From assembly GCF_001194135.2 (NCBI RefSeq), contig NC_068989.1:74641930-74705929 (forward strand): DNA of 64,000 nucleotides. Reading direction: 5' to 3'. The first letter of the stretch is position 1; each line of letters opens with the position of its first letter. The translations under genes were made by a program, and so were the position numbers. Shown one piece after another: positions 27,421 to 39,482 of the stretch. The notes below the pieces were generated by a model, which was given only the letters and a program-made list of their open reading frames with translations, was not told where the DNA came from and ran no database searches. This stretch comes from Octopus bimaculoides. Taxonomy: Eukaryota.

Positions 27421-28072
27421 CAGTATTCTCCTTTACCTCTTTACCTCTCCCTGCTGCTTTCACTCACTCGCCAGAGGCCTTTTTGTTTTTGCAAGTTGGG
27501 ACTGCGCAGTACTGAATGAATAAAACCCACACATGATTTGATTTTACCGTTGAAATCTTGTGTAGAAAGAGCCACATATTCTGGAAGTGATGATAGCAGG
27601 TATATGGTGCATATATGTGTCACAATACCAAGAACAACACATCTCAGGTTTTTTTCTTCAGATATTTCTATCTCCTAAACAAAGTACTATAAACAAGCTG
27701 GAGAACCTGGTCTACCATATCAGTCAGAATTTACTGATAGAATTTGCTGATAGGTCAGACGAAGAATTGTGAAGGTGCCAGATTGGGGGTCAGGTCGAAG
27801 GTCTAGAAAGTATTTCAGTGTAGGTAGTCCTTCGTTGTCTGGGATCACTGCATATAAAGTTTTGATATCAAGAGTGGAAAGAAATTTAGAGGAGCCAGAA
27901 GGGAAGGAGAATGAGTTAAAGAGACGAAGAGCATGGTTTATGCTGTGGATGTGGGATGGAAGCTGCTAGGGGGCAAGAACATAGTCGAGGTATATAAACT
28001 CAATAAACTATTAAAGATAGAGAAGAGATGTCAGAAGTTCTAAAAAATTTTAATCCATGCATAAAGTAAATA

Positions 28073-28143
<71 letters not shown>

Positions 28144-28772
28144 ACATGTTTACATATTGAGTTATATTTGTTTAATGCTACTGCCAATACAGTTGTCATT
28201 ATGTATGGTATTAGAATATCAATAGCCAACCAAACTAAATGCAGCTAAATGCCATTTCAAATTTAGTATTTGTCTTTAATGCTCTGAGCTCTTTATTAAT
28301 GAAAATGTTATATAAGCATTTAATATCTTAATTTGTAGAGCAAGAGATAGACACATGATAATCCCATGTCATTTTAATCTTATGGTCTCCATTTTGCATA
28401 TACGTTACTGTTACCTTTACAAAACTTATGGAATTCGATAATTTCCAATTACCAATTACATGACATTTTTCTGACTTACCTTTCTTACCTTTGCAAAGGT
28501 CATATTAGAAACAAAAAAGCAATATTTTTGAGAATGATTATTTGAAGCTGCTTTGGGTTAGGATATTGTATTATCAATATTAATATACTGGTTATGTTCT
28601 GCATCATGGTATTTTCTAAATATTATCTTAATATATACCTTCTTTATTTTCAGATATACAACAGTTGATTGCTTCAAGGGAAAAACTGTCTACCTATTTA
28701 AGAAACAATATTTTATTATCGAAAATATAAAAACACTAACTCAAGGACAAAGTTCTCACACCGGAATTCAAA

Positions 28773-30737
28773 ATGTTCCAGTACTCCAAGAATCTACTAA
28801 TCATTTTTCTGATAGCTCTTGGCGACGAAGTTATTCAACAGTCAAGTTGTTTTACAAACAATCCCGAATGTAATCCAACAATGTGTATCAGTTGTTCGTG
28901 TAACAATTATTGTTACCTGTATAATGAATGTTGCTCACATTCGGTAAATCAAACTATTATAAACCAAAGAACATTGTCAACAGATTACAGTTGCAGGAAA
29001 ATTGATGCTAACAGTTATTTCATGTTTGACCGCTGTCCAAGCGACCATTCATTTACAGAACACATTACCTACTGTGAAGCACCAGATGAGAATGATCAAT
29101 TATACAACATACCTGCTTTTGGAAAACAAACTAAAAGACTTTACAGGAATTTGTTCTGTGCTCTGTGTAACGGAGAGGAATACATATTATGGACAGTTCA
29201 CTACAAATGTAATCAGGTGATGGATATAGATTTCTCTCTCTTCCCTGACAGACAGATACAGAATCACTGTCAAGTATTGTTTGAAGCGCCATCAGACTAT
29301 ACAGATTACAAATACCAATGTATTCATTACGTTGCAAAATGTCCTCCAAACGTTACCAATACTTCTTTAGTTTCTTCGTGTATGTTTGGGCCAATGGCTA
29401 TTGTGGAATCAAATGGAACTACTTTTAGGAACACTCACTGCGCCATCTGCAACGGTATTCATATTAACGATATTCTCTGTAATGCATCTATCTATGGAAA
29501 TATTTCATATGGAACGCCCAGACAACAATATCCTCTAACAATAATATTTAACTATAATAATAATAATTTTGAAGTTTCAAATAATGGGCAACATAAACTT
29601 TATTCGAAAAAGCTACCCTCTTGTTCACAAGGATTTATTTACGATGAAAAAATGAAACAATGTCGGCAAGTTTACTATAATTCTATATTAAATTGTACAG
29701 CTAAAAGACTGGAAAAATCTGAATATTACATCACCAGTGATGGGTATCTTTATCTAAATGCTTCCCACATTCTGCTCAACCAATCAGCATTCATTCAAGA
29801 TCCACAAGGCATAAGTATTTGTGTAAATAACAGAACAGAGGTGATGGGAAAATATTATACTTTTGCAAGCTATATCACATTAGTAGGATTAGTGACTTCT
29901 ATTCCTGCTCTATTCATCACTATCATAGTTTATTTTTGTATACCTGATCTCCTTACATTACCAGGTAAACTTCTCATTAGTCTTTTAGTATCATTGTTTA
30001 CAGCAGAACTCCTGCTACTTATCTCACCACAAGTTACATCAAGTTCCTTGTGTTCAACAATAGCTATTATGATGCATTATTTTTTCCTGGCGGCTTTCTT
30101 CTGGATGAATGTCATGTCATTTGATGCCTGGTACACTTTTTCAGGATTTACACCGCTTCGAAGTACAGAAAAAGATACAAAGAGACTTGTCTACTATTCT
30201 TTATATGCTTGGATATGTCCCCTTATAATTGTGACAGTGTCACTCATATTTCAATATGCACCCGGGAACCATGGACTTTCTCCAGAATATGGAAAAGGAT
30301 TTTTTTGTTGGATTACAAATATAAAATCTCGATTGTGGCTCTTTGCAGCGCCCGTAATAATAATTTTGTTACTTAATATATGTTCTTTCATACTCACTGC
30401 CAGAGGTCTCTATTTAGCAAGTAAAAACTCCTCTAAATATCTGGAAGTAAAGAATAAGACGAAATTTAAGGTTTATTTTAAGCTAAGCCTTTTAATGGGC
30501 TTAACATGGATATTTAGCTTCTTTCCAAAATTGAATGAAATCGGTGTAGTTTTTCTTATATCCTGTATTTTAAATTCCTTTACTGGGTTAATAATTAGCA
30601 TATTCTTTTTGTCAACGAAAATTGTAAGACGTCATTTTCGTCTTAAATGCTACCAAAGATATTACAAAAAGGAATGCAAACATACTGACATATCTATCAG
30701 TTCTAACAAAACGCAGTTGACTAATGTACATATATAG
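28773..30737 (+). CDS. Family-B (7TM_2; Methuselah-like/adhesion-like) GPCR with SMB-like Cys-rich ectodomain, paralog 1; single coding exon, 654 aa
   Basis: Uninterrupted ATG-to-TAG ORF. Hydrophobic N-terminus (LLIIFLIALG). SMB-like CSCNNYCYLYNECCS. Two [YF]RNxxCAxCN motifs. Seven hydrophobic segments with family-B-like motifs (LPGKLL; HYFFLAAFFWMNVMSFD; YAWICP; CWI; LMGLTW; LNSFTG). A pyrimidine-rich CAG acceptor lies 119 nt upstream (28651-28653). Confidence 0.9.
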   Translation: MFQYSKNLLIIFLIALGDEVIQQSSCFTNNPECNPTMCISCSCNNYCYLYNECCSHSVNQTIINQRTLSTDYSCRKIDANSYFMFDRCPSDHSFTEHITYCEAPDENDQLYNIPAFGKQTKRLYRNLFCALCNGEEYILWTVHYKCNQVMDIDFSLFPDRQIQNHCQVLFEAPSDYTDYKYQCIHYVAKCPPNVTNTSLVSSCMFGPMAIVESNGTTFRNTHCAICNGIHINDILCNASIYGNISYGTPRQQYPLTIIFNYNNNNFEVSNNGQHKLYSKKLPSCSQGFIYDEKMKQCRQVYYNSILNCTAKRLEKSEYYITSDGYLYLNASHILLNQSAFIQDPQGISICVNNRTEVMGKYYTFASYITLVGLVTSIPALFITIIVYFCIPDLLTLPGKLLISLLVSLFTAELLLLISPQVTSSSLCSTIAIMMHYFFLAAFFWMNVMSFDAWYTFSGFTPLRSTEKDTKRLVYYSLYAWICPLIIVTVSLIFQYAPGNHGLSPEYGKGFFCWITNIKSRLWLFAAPVIIILLLNICSFILTARGLYLASKNSSKYLEVKNKTKFKVYFKLSLLMGLTWIFSFFPKLNEIGVVFLISCILNSFTGLIISIFFLSTKIVRRHFRLKCYQRYYKKECKHTDISISSNKTQLTNVHI

Positions 30738-30918
30738 TGTTATTTATAAACGTATCCTAAACAACTTTACGGGTTTAAATTAATATTCAGTCTATGGTAA
30801 AATCTAGTCCACAAATCGCTTACCGTCGTAATCATGTAAATGCATTGCTTGAAAGCTAAATGCAAAGCAGGTACACCTGTATTCAAACAGTTGATCACAT
30901 TCATATTTACACACATGC

Positions 30919-30953
<35 letters not shown>

Positions 30954-30969
30954 ACACACACATACACAC

Positions 30970-31015
<46 letters not shown>

Positions 31016-31577
31016 ACACGGATGGGCCCAACCTATCAAGTTTACCTGTCATTAAATATGGACAAGCTAGAAAGCAATGCGCTAACATCCATTATTCCCG
31101 CACTTTTTCCAAATACCTATATCACATTCTGGTGCTGAGCTTTCCTTGTGAAGAGGCAATTAATATATGCAATATATCCAACAATAAGGGGTGAACACAT
31201 AAATTTCGAAATAGTATATCCTGACGACACATCAAATCTCTTTATCTCTCTTTTTCTGTCTCGTTCCTTCTCGCTCTGTTATTCCCTCCTTCTCTTTATC
31301 TCTCCCCCATCTCACTCTGCTCCATTTTCAGTTCAAATCACAGAGAAGGTGATCTTCAAAATCAATGTTTAGCAGAAAACTGCCTGCAAGGGTTTATTTC
31401 TGCACTACAAATCCCCAGTACTTCCCAGGTCTAATATTGATTACATATGATAAAACTGGCAAAACTAAAACTTCCAATGCATGGTAACATTCAACGTCTC
31501 CCCAACATCTTTTACTAGAGAGCGTCTAGATAATATTGGTTTAGAACAAGGCTAGCAATTTTCAGGGGAGAAATATT

Positions 31578-31735
31578 TTTGTTGAAATATTTTAGTTGAA
31601 ACACGCTGTCTTTTATTTCAGTTAATTTTTAAAATAAAGATTGATCGGATTTTTGTTGAAATATTTTTGTTGAAACACGCTGTCTTTTATTTCAATTAAT
31701 TTTTTAAATAAAGATTGGTCGGATTTTGTTGATCA
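31578..31735. repeat. About 72-bp direct tandem duplication
   Basis: ttgttgaaatattt..gttgaaacacgctgtcttttatttca.ttaatttt..aaataaagattg.tcggattt occurs twice in succession. Confidence 0.85.
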
Positions 31736-31822
31736 CGTGTGCGATATTCTAGCGAATCGTGAGGCAATATTGAAAATACTCTGCCGGCTCACCATCTTCG
31801 TGTATGTTATATTATTGGTTTC

Positions 31823-32027
31823 AAATGTTGGCACAAGGCTGGCAATTTCGGGAGAGAAGTTAGATAGATTGCATCGACCCCTGTGTTTAACTGATAATTA
31901 TTTTATCGTCCTCCAAGGGAATGAAAGGCAAAGTCGACCCCGGCAGCATTTGAGCCCAAAATGTAAAGACTAACGAAATGCAGCTGTTTTTGCTCGATGT
32001 GCTAACGATTCTACTGGTTAACCGCCT
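31823..32027 (-). mobile_element. Diverged SINE, family A
   Basis: Reverse complement contains gaatcgttagcac head and gtcgactttgcctttcatt core. Confidence 0.7.
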
Positions 32028-32061
32028 TCTTGTATGTTATAGTATGAGTCAGACATTTTAA

Positions 32062-32275
32062 GCAGCCAGCTGGAAGAATCGTGGGCACGCCAGGCAAAAT
32101 GCTTAACGGCATTTTGTCTGTGTTTACGTTTTGAGTTCAAACTCTGCCGAGGTCAGCTTTACCTTTCATCCTTTCTGAGTCGATAAAATAAGTACCAGTT
32201 GAACACTGGGGTCGATGTAATTGACTTGCACCGCTCCTGAAATTGCTGGCCTTGAGCCAAAATTTGAAACCAATA
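32062..32275 (+). mobile_element. SINE, family A
   Basis: gctggaagaatcgt head, gagttcaaact B box, and cctttcatcctttc.g.gtcgataaaataagtacc core. Confidence 0.8.
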
Positions 32276-33999
32276 TCATAACATAGTTCTTCAGACGTCC
32301 TACAATCACTTCCTATCAGCTCTCTACAGTGACTTCCTATCAACTCTCTAGTAAACGTCTCCAACACAGCAGCAACATTTGTAAGTTAGCCTACTAACCC
32401 ATCAGCAATGTGCACATGTGTTTATTTGCCTTCGTATTATATTTCTCATAAATATGGAGATTTTACATTGGTAGCACTACCCGTACCCTACACTTTCGAA
32501 TTAAATAACACATTTATACAAATACCTCCTTTGTCAAAAAGAATCTGGAAAAATGCCATAACATAGAGATAACGGTGGTTACCAAAGCCATAAAATGAAA
32601 TATTTGAAATCTGAGGAGTAAACAAATCATTTTGATTTAAAAAGAAAAAAGTTTAATCAGTATTATTAATAGTAGAATTATCTAAACAACACTGATTGGC
32701 TGATTTCATTAACACAAAAAGTCAGCATCTGCCACAAATTCTCCCCAAGATTTTACCGTTCAAAATGTAACTGATTCCTTATTTTAACTTGTTATGATTT
32801 TGACTCTTCTGATAATTTGGAAATTGATTTTTAAATCTACAAGGCTATCAGCAGTAAATGGGTAGATATAAAACTGGCTTACTTAATCAGAAACTCTCCT
32901 GTTGAAATTACTAACGAAAGGACATTTTTCGAACACAGAGACTTAAACATGGCGGCCAATTTCACCATTCGCAATACACGCATGCGAGATCCATTTCACT
33001 AAATGCAATATCTGCTATACCGGTCGTATGGTTCAGGAGCTTTTATATCCTAATACAAAAACATCTCCCCACATGGGCATATCCTTCAAAAATCTCTGCA
33101 ACACATACAGCCACGGGAAAATGGACATTGATATCAGCATCAAAGTCGCATAAGTAACTTGGAAATGAATTGTATAACCCAAGTTTATACAATTTTACAA
33201 CTCAACACGCTATCTTTGAAATTTATTCACACAACGCCACGAGGCTAACTTAAGCTGAAAATTATTTTCTCTCCTTATTTTGTCTTCGTGTACATTTGGG
33301 AAGAGTTATTCTAACTAAAATATCAGGATTATTAAACATCTTTAAGGTAATGATTCAAAAGTTTTATTTTTTCATTAGTAATTATTTTCCTATATACTGT
33401 CACATTCGATCACACAAACACACAAACACATATATACATATGTGTGTGTGTGTAAGTATATACACATTTAGGTGTGTGGGCGTTTGTGTAAGTGTGTGTG
33501 TGAGCGTATGTGTGTGTGTGCATGTGTGTGAGTGAATGAATATGTATTTGTTTTATGAAATACATGTTAAATTATCTGTAACATACAACTTTGTAACAAA
33601 ATGTTGGTTTCTCACAAATTTAGTTACTTGAATGCAATCGAATGTACATTATGCATTGCACGAGCACTCGTGTATGTATGTTTGTGCATGTATGTATATA
33701 GGAACATATAATTCTTAATGTCTAAAATGTACTAAAAGTTATATTTTCGTTACAATCGCATTCGAAGTCAACAATAATGAAATGTTGTCTATGCTAGTAT
33801 AACTAAAGAAAGTTTGGTCAATCCTTAACTTTAGAAAGATGTATTTAATAATTCCTATGGGGTTGAATTGTTCCGACAACACTAGAAGGGAAGATGATTA
33901 TACACATTCCAATGAATANNNNNNNNNNNNNNNNNNNNNNNNNNNNNNNNNNNNNNNNNNNNNNNNNNNNNNNNNNNNNNNNNNNNNNNNNNNNNNNNN

Positions 34000-34036
<37 letters not shown>

Positions 34037-35150
34037 CTAGCTGGTGTACCCGGTAACTCCAGGGAGTGGGTAAAGATGTTGTATTTAAACGCCTTATTAT
34101 TCTGATATTATAAGAAAGCAATTTCGTTATAACTGTCACAAAAGATGTATTTTCCGTCGCGAAAAAGCATAAAAAATTGTCAACTGGAGGAGGGAGAGAT
34201 TGTCGGAGGTTGACGAGAGAAATTGTCGGAGGTTGGCAATAGTGGTTGTCGGAGGTTGGCGAGAGAGGTTGCCGGAGGTTGGCGAGAAACGTTGTCGGAG
34301 GTTGGTGTGAGAGATTGTCAGAGATTGACGAGAGAGGTTGTCGGAGATTGGCGATAGAGGTTGTCGTAGGCTGGCGAGAGAGGCTGTCAGAGGGAGAGGC
34401 ATCTTTATTCCAAAATTTCAGTCTTGCAGGGCTTCGTGATACACAATGTTTTGGGTTTTGCTGTTGGGTGCATAGATGAATAAATTTTCCGGACTTTCAA
34501 AATGACTGGTGTGTTTTTTTAATAAATGATAAATGGTTGAGAATGATGTCTCGTTCGCCGTGCTGTTCTCCAACCATAATGATGGCCACCTCATTTATTA
34601 GCAGGTGCATCGAATCGGTGCATTAAATCGCCGAGCATATTCGCCAGCTAATCTTTTGTCAGCTGTGACGACGACTTTGAGGTCAGGCGCCTCATCCATC
34701 CCCTCCAGAGCGCATTTCAAGCTATTCACAAACTTATGAGTTGAATGAAGCATTGTCCGTAATTTTGCAATCAAACGTTTGTCAACACGTTCAGTTTGCA
34801 CCTCTGGTCAACTTCTTCCTCGTCACCTCCCATAAAATACACCTGGACATATTTCGGCTCTGCATCTGGTAAAGGTCTTAGGCTCCCCACTCGATGATAG
34901 TATTGACCCCTGATTTTGAAAGTTGAAAAGAGACCTTGTCGGGTGAACTCTTCTTCTGCACCGAATGATGTCATCACGAAGGATGCGCTGCATTTCAATA
35001 TTTTATGACGGAAATCGATGCCATCGAGAGTGTTTTGTCGAAGAAGTTGCAATAATACGTCTGGTGGATCTTGCAGTCTGTACATACATTATGTACATTT
35101 AAATCTGAAATTCAACGACTGTTGTATGCTGAAGCAGCTTCGTCTCTGCA
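34037..35150 (-). mobile_element. Non-autonomous Helitron fragment with intact 3' terminus
   Basis: Minus-strand peptides MTSFGA..FKIRGQYYHRVGSL.P..EPKYVQVYF and ARRFNAP resemble the Helitron Rep/Hel N-terminal region. The minus strand ends in an imperfect GC hairpin followed by CTAG|T at 34037. 5' end not located. Confidence 0.8.
34195..34395. repeat. About 22-bp degenerate minisatellite inside the Helitron
   Basis: About 9 units of ttgtcggaggttggcgagagag-like sequence. Confidence 0.85.
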
Positions 35151-36112
35151 GGGTCTGTTTGCTCCAGTTGCTTCAATAACCGAAGGGTGATGGAAATGAT
35201 AATTGATATTAAAATCTTTTGTAGCTGAAGTTAATAAAGATGTATCAAAATTACATATACACACTTAACGAAATCTCTACCTAAGTCAATATCAAGTCGC
35301 TCGTGAACACTACTGGAAACATGTAACCCAATTGTAACCTGTTACATAGTCGGGTGGTCGACGACTAAGCTAACAGTCTCGCCAAATATTCTCCTTGGAC
35401 ACCTCGTAATGTGAAAAATAACGTTTTCAAAGGCTAGATGAGTCCAAGAGAACCAACCCAACCACATTTGAATGAACAGAAAAACGCAATCTAGTAACGA
35501 AATCTAGCTGTGTGACTTGTATCTTAGCTCTATGTGTCTCACTATTTGAGACACATTGATCAATCTAGTCACCTCATTTTATCTCTGATAATACTCTCAA
35601 TATCTCGGTCACCTTATAGCTGGTCCAGGAAGTCTGAGACAAGAGAGTGAGTTTGGTCATCCTGTGCAGCCGTCCTGCAATATAATCGAAGATCAGCGCA
35701 AGTCAGTAGTTGCAAGTCAGAACTCAAACTTCTTCAAACCACAAACACACGACGAAACTTTCTTTGCTGTGGCAGGGGTATCACATGCCTTTGCTGCAAT
35801 GAAACACCGTCACTTTCGTGGCTCCATCGCTCAGATGTACTGTAAGCGGAAGTAGCAACGACTCTCCAGTTGCTTGCACTGCCGAATCTTCTGCTGCTGT
35901 TCATAAGAGATGGACTCTTAGATATATTCAATAACTAATGACGGACAACACCCATGTCAATAATTAATTCCTTTTGACTAAATACAAAGCCATTTTTACT
36001 TAAATAAAATATAATCAATTACGGAAAAGATAAGACTAATGAAGTATTAGTACTAGAGTAATGAGGTATTAGTCCTAGTATTAGAGTATTAATCCTTGTT
36101 ATGGGTAGTAGT

Positions 36113-36499
36113 GTGGAGGCGCAATGGCCTAGTTGTTAGAGCAGCAGACTCGAGGTCATAGGATCGCGGTTTCGATTCCCAGACCGGGCGTTGTGAGTGT
36201 TTATTGAGCGAAAACACCTAAAGCACCACGAGGCTCCGGCAGGGGATGGTGGCGAACCCTGCTGTACTCTTCCACCACAACTTTCTCTCACTCTTACTTC
36301 CTGTTTCGGTTCTCCCTGTACTTCAAAGGGTCAGCCTTGCCACACTGTGTCACGCTGAATATCCCCGAGAACTACATTAAGGGTACACGTGTCTGTGGAG
36401 TGCTCAGCCACTTGCACGTTAATTTCACGAGCAGGCTGTTTCGCTGATCGGATCAACTGGAACCCTCGACGTCGTAAGCGACGGAATGCCAACAACAAC
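36113..36499 (+). mobile_element. tRNA-derived SINE, family C
   Basis: A box tggcctagttgttag, B box ggtttcgattccc, and tail gtcgtaagcgacggaatgcc(aac)n. Confidence 0.85.
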
Positions 36500-37359
36500 G
36501 AGTAGTAGTATAATGAGAGCAAGACGAAGAATGTATTTTGGCAAACATTCCACCTAACTTCATTATCAACTCTGAATCTGTGTGTTATACTTGAGTAGGC
36601 TTCGAAGTTGTGAGAGACATTAAGGTAATACTGTCCGTTTGCTTGTTAATGTATGTATTTGTGTATACACAAATACACTCACAAACATGCGTCGACAGGA
36701 TACGACATGAAAATCTAGTGCAAACGAATAGAGTAGTTCTCTATTTCTGGTAATACTATTAGTTCAGAGAGTGGGAAGTAATTATACCACATGAAAGAAA
36801 GAAGAGGAAAATATTATCGGAAGAATAGTTAGGGAATAGCTAGAGTGAGGGAAAATGGTTTTGTGTAACTGAAGAATAAGAGAGGCGAAGTAACGGACGT
36901 GGTAACATTAGTAGGTGAAAGGAACGACGATCAGATCAAGAGGGAAATAGAAAGAATTCTGAGAGATCTTTAAGCCAAAACCGTTGTGGGGGGCGAGGAG
37001 TTTGTAAACAAGGAAAAACGATATACACGCATACATGTACTAATACATATATATATATATATATNNNNNNNNNNNNNNNNNNNNNNNNNNNNNNNNNNNN
37101 NNNNNNNNNNNNNNNNNNNNNNNNNNNNNNNNNNNNNNNNNNNNNNNNNNNNNNNNNNNNNNNNNNNNNNNNNNNNNNNNNNNNNNNNNNNNNNNNNNNN
37201 NNNNNNNNNNNNNNNNNNNNNNNNNNNNNNNNNNNNNNNNNNNNNNNNNNNNNNNNNNNNNNNNNNNNNNNNNNNNNNNNNNNNNNNNNNNNNNNNNNNN
37301 NNNNNNNNNNNNNNNNNNNNNNNNNNNNNNNNNNNNNNNNNNNNNNNNGGTGGTGGTGG

Positions 37360-37402
<43 letters not shown>

Positions 37403-39149
37403 CGGCGGCGGCGGTGATTGGCATCGGTGATGATTGGCAGCGGTGATAATGATGCTGCTGAAGGTGATGAGACTGGTCGTGATGGTGGAACTGTTGCTGG
37501 TATTGTTTCTACGTTCTATAAACCATTGGATTTTGTAACCAGCCACATTAAAAAATTTCATGTTAGAGAAACTCACATTTCACTGAGTTATTTGCTTAAA
37601 AAAAACAGCAAAGTTTTCATTAATTATACAACTCCGGTGAATCCTATCGTGAAAAGATAAGGTTCATTACTATCTTGGCGTTTGGTTAGTGTAGACAATT
37701 TTAACGTTAACTGGGCTGGTTTAGAATGGAAGTTCACTGTTTCAGATTTAGCGAAATGAAATTATGAAATAAGTGACAGAGAATTAAAAACATGTATCAT
37801 CAAGAAATGTTATGCTGTTGTTACCGTTTTGTCTGTTTCGAAATTGCTCAACGTTTTAGTTGGTCAACGTTTAACTGAATAATACTTGCAAACATAATCA
37901 AAATTATTAAAATAGTTACAAAAAAAGATTACTAAAATAGCAGTTATCGTATATGGCGTGCAAATATCATAATCCTTGCTTTAATTCATTGACCAATAGA
38001 AGAGGTTAAGCCAACAAGGTTACTTGCACATATACACCCTAGAAATAGCAACGAAATCTCCTTCCAATCCCACGCTTCCACGTTTGAAAATGATCTTGTT
38101 GTCCTTAACACACTGATTGAAAATGAAAAAGATAGTGTCACCAAGGATGCAACAATTAGCATCAAATTTTCATTGGATTGAAATTGATAGGAGTGAAATT
38201 GGTAGAAGTGAAACGACTCTGCTATAGCTGAATTTACATGATTCGTTCTTAATCCGGGTGATCATTGATACAGTTATCAGAATGGTGATTAGAGGTCGTC
38301 ACAGGTTCGAGTCTATAATGAAAACATTTAACAGGGAGATGCACATAGTACTTTCACAGTCATAAGCATCTAAATAAGTGAGTTAGTTTATGTTTTTGTT
38401 ACGTTCAGATTTCGATTGCGATGCATGTTTGTCAAAAACCGCCAGACAGTTTAGCACAACGACAGACATATGAACATTGTTTCATTATCACAACCCTGGA
38501 GTATTGCAAGAGTCACAGAGTGGACGTCCGGTAATACACTACTCTTGGAATTACGAGCATGAAAAAACAAGGAACAATTCAGTAAAGTAATTTTTCAATA
38601 GCAGTTTTTATATGAGAAGAGATTATCACCTTACTCAACCCGTCCCCGATTTTAGTCAAAGAGACATCACACCAAGAGCATCACACGGAGAAACGTAACG
38701 AATTTCGACAGATGAAAGTAAATACTTAATTAGATCGGTAAATAGACAGAGAGAGAGAGAGAGAGTTAGAGTTGAAGGATAGCAAAAGATTGGCGTTTTA
38801 TTTATCGATTTTGGAAGAATTAAAAGCAATGATGTGTCCAAGCAGGAGTTGAACTCAACTGGGTAGATAATGCAATGTATTCTGTACGACGCTCTAATGA
38901 TTCCGCTAATTTCTCACCTGATATGTAGACGAACTGAAAATATATAAATCATACTTTAAAGACAAACTATGTATAATTAAGTACTAGCACCCAATTCACA
39001 GAAATTAGCCTGGATACAGAAAAAAATGTAGTGCAATAACATATGTACCTAAACGTACATGTAGTAAGTTCGATTATTAATAGCACAATCAACAGCAATA
39101 TAAACTAATTTACCTTGATTGCTAAAGAACGTATCATTATCTAATAATA

Positions 39150-39482
39150 AACAGTAAATAAAATAGGGTCAACACTGACCAGAAATATAGTTTCTGTGAT
39201 CAAAAATGACGTAACGAATAGTGTCATTGACTGACACCTTTTTTCTTTTTATCATTATTTCCTTTTTATTTTATGTATTGCTACCCATTAGTAATTTAAG
39301 AAGAAAGATTCAGGAATGAGATTTATGATCTCAGCAGCCAGAAATTTGTTTACATCCCTGGTATACAGACAATGTAAAACAACGAACATATCAAACGTAC
39401 TTTACGGATTAATTTTTTTTTTTTTACTTCCTTAATTTTACGAGTGTTATGAAGCTTTGAAATAGGTTCCTACCACGTAAGT
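39150..39482 (+). promoter_or_regulatory. Putative promoter plus 5' non-coding exon of paralog 2, donor at 39477
   Basis: Aligns with 20500-20830 (aatgacgt; tcaggaat..atctca.cagccagaaa.tgtttaca; gagtgt.atga.g..ttgaaata.gttcct..cacgtaagtt). The TATAAA is not conserved here. Confidence 0.55.

Noticed and set aside
32940-32960. YY1-like motifs (aacatggcggcc here; gccgccatttt at about 12008) downstream of two paralogs
   Set aside because: Short motifs with non-homologous flanks; such motifs are frequent in TE ends.
36113-36190. tRNA gene candidates at SINE heads
   Set aside because: A and B boxes are present, but there is no complete cloverleaf and each continues into a repeated SINE body.
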